The notes under the pieces were generated by a model, which had not been told where the DNA came from, made no database searches, and saw only the letters and a program-made list of their open reading frames with translations. Of a stretch of 64,000 nt of DNA, positions 61,669 through 64,000 are shown piece by piece (within the stretch, counting starts at the first letter, position 1; each line of letters begins with the position of its first letter). Source of the DNA: Squalus acanthias (taxonomy: Eukaryota); NCBI GenBank assembly GCA_030390025.1, contig CM059432.1:35776001-35840000 (forward strand). The letters run 5' to 3'. Both the position numbers and the translations under genes were made by a program.

Positions 61669-62609
61669 CCTCAGTCGCCTTATTGATGCCATATTCAGGC
61701 GAGCTTCTAAATGGGTGAGCAACCCTATTTGAAACATGTGTGAGGCTGCTTCACTGTGCAAATCGGAGCCCTATTCCGGTTATAGGACTCTGGTGCAAAA
61801 TTTAGGTACAAATAGGCAGAACTTGTGCCATGCAAGTTCCGTCTAGTTTGTACCAGGTCTGGAACAACCTGACCGCCGGAGTTCGTTCAAAAAAGGCGGC
61901 CACAAAACTTTTTGTCTTATTTTTGTGGAACCAGAGGAGCAGGAGTACTTCTCCTGCCTCCCCAAAAAGAATGTAGGCAGTTGATCAATGATTAAGTGTA
62001 AAGAATTTTTTAATATGCTCAGTTTATCTTGTGCTTTCTCAGTTTGAAACAGTTTGGGCCCTCAAGATTTTGCAGAAAATACCTCTCCACATTAATCTTT
62101 TTACATTTAGATACCTGATCACATCCTACCTCCACTTCAAACTTCATGTCCTTTCTCTGACATTGAATTTACTTTCATTAGTTATAGTTTAATTTTTTTT
62201 TGAGATGAAACGTTAAAGTGAGGCACCGTCTGGCCCTCTCAGGTAAAAGATCCCTTGGCACTGTTCAAAGAAGTGCATGGGAGTTCTCCTCAGTGTCCTG
62301 GCCAATATTTATCTCCCAATCATCATCACTAAAACAAATTACCTGGTCATTTATCTTACTGCTGTTTCTGGGACCTTGCTCTGGGCAAATTGGCTGACGT
62401 TTTCCCCTACATTTCAACATTGCCTACACTTCAAATGTACTTCATTAGCTGTGAAGCACTTTGGTATGTCTTGAGGATGTGAAAGACACTATATGAATGC
62501 AAGTTCATTTTTTCTTTAAAACCTGGAAGGGCAAATTGCTCTGGTCCCTATGTGTATTGATACTTTGAATGATTTCATAAAAGTTTCCCTTGGTCAACAC
62601 ATTCAAACA

Positions 62610-63140
62610 GAACGCATTCAGTTTTGGGCGCCAATCCTCAGGAAGGATATATTGGCCTTGAAAGGGGTGCAGCACAGATTCACCAGAATGCTACCAGGGC
62701 TTAAAGGGTTACATTATGAGGACAGGTTGCATAAACTTGGCTTGTATTCTGTTGCGTTTAGCTGGTTGAGGGGTGATCTAATTGAGATGTTTAAAATGAT
62801 AATGGGATTCGATAGGGTAGATACAGAGAAACTATTTCCTCTGGTGGGGGAAACCAGAATCCAAGAGGGCACAATTTTAAAATTAAGCCATTTGGGAGGG
62901 AATCAGGAGGCACTTTTTTTACACAAAGAATAGTGGAAATCTGGAACTCTCCCCAAAAGGCTGTGGTGCTCGGTAAATTGAAATTTTCAAGACTGAGATT
63001 TGACGGATTCTTGTTGAATAAGGGTATCAAGAGATATGAAGCTAAGGCGGGTAAGTGGAGTTGAGATACAGATCAGCCATGATCTAATTGAATAGCGGAA
63101 CAGACTTGAATGGCATGCTCCTGTTCCTATGTTTCCATGT
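62610..63140 (+). mobile_element. CR1 3' fragment
   Basis: QFWAPILRKDILAL...RFTRMLPG...RGDLIE. Confidence 0.85.
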
Positions 63141-63557
63141 AGCATGTTGACTATTTCACTGGAAGTATCAACCAAAATTCTCCATAAATGTATTTATGAT
63201 GCCATACATGGCAGCTACACCATTTCATCCTTTGTAGTGATTCTATGAATCCTATCCATTGTCTTTATTTTCAAATCCAGTGACCACGCCTCAGCAATAT
63301 CCCACGTGTCACTTCACCAATGCTAACAGCAGCTCTCTTCCCCTCCTGATGTCTCAGTAGATAAATGCATCACTTGGTGTCACACTGAGGCATAAAAATT
63401 GGGTTCCATCTGCTGTCAGTGCTGAGTTTGCGAATCTCGACCTGGACAGTAGTTGGGGTGCTATAATTGGCCTCAGTATTCCTGAGCTTGGAAGGGAAAA
63501 ATCAGCCAGGGTTCCTGCTCCTGGTCACTGTCCAGGAATCCCTGATGGAAAATGCAT

Positions 63558-64000
63558 AGGTTACATAGGATATGCAGCACAGAAACAGGCCATTCAGCCC
63601 AACCAGTCCATGCCAGCGTTTATGCTCCACTCAAGCCTCCTCCCATCTTTCCTCATCTAAATCTATCAGCATAACCCTCTATTCCCTTCTCCCTCATATG
63701 CTTGTCCAGCCTCCCCTTAAAGGCATCTATACTTTTCGCTTCAACCACTCCCTGTAGTAGCAAGTTCCACGTTCTCACCACTCTTTGGTTAAATAAGTTT
63801 CTTCTGAATTCTCTATTGGATTTCTTGGTAACTGTCTTATATTGATGGCCTCTAGTTATGCTATTCCCCACAAGTGGAAACATTCTCTCTCTATCCACTC
63901 TATCAAAACCTTTCATAATTTTAAAGACCTCTATTAGGTCACCCCTCAGCCTTTTTTCAGGAGAAAAGACACCCAGCTTATTCATCCTTTCCTGATATGT
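63558..64000 (-). mobile_element. CR1 3' fragment running off the window
   Basis: ORF 63653..63985, RLRGDLIEVFKIMKGFDRVD. Confidence 0.85.

Overview
Eukaryotic DNA, most likely from a shark or ray judging by its repeat families. Nine phase-consistent coding exons of the kinesin gene KIF9 lie on the + strand (3374..60034), covering the end of the motor domain, the neck/coiled coil and the start of the tail. The introns are packed with nested mobile DNA: several CR1 LINE families, a CR1/L2-group LINE, Penelope-like elements with minimal hammerhead ribozymes, PIF/Harbinger transposons and MITEs, hAT and Tc1/mariner-type MITEs, two related solo LTRs, tRNA-headed SINEs and minisatellites. The top observation concerns the five CR1 ORF1/ORF2 junctions. 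Four read U_UUA_AAC and one U_UUA_AGC directly before the ORF1 stop. In the two best-preserved copies the -1 frame runs open into the endonuclease with no AUG, which suggests ORF2 is made by programmed -1 ribosomal frameshifting. All calls come from reading the sequence and recalled family motifs; no searches were run.
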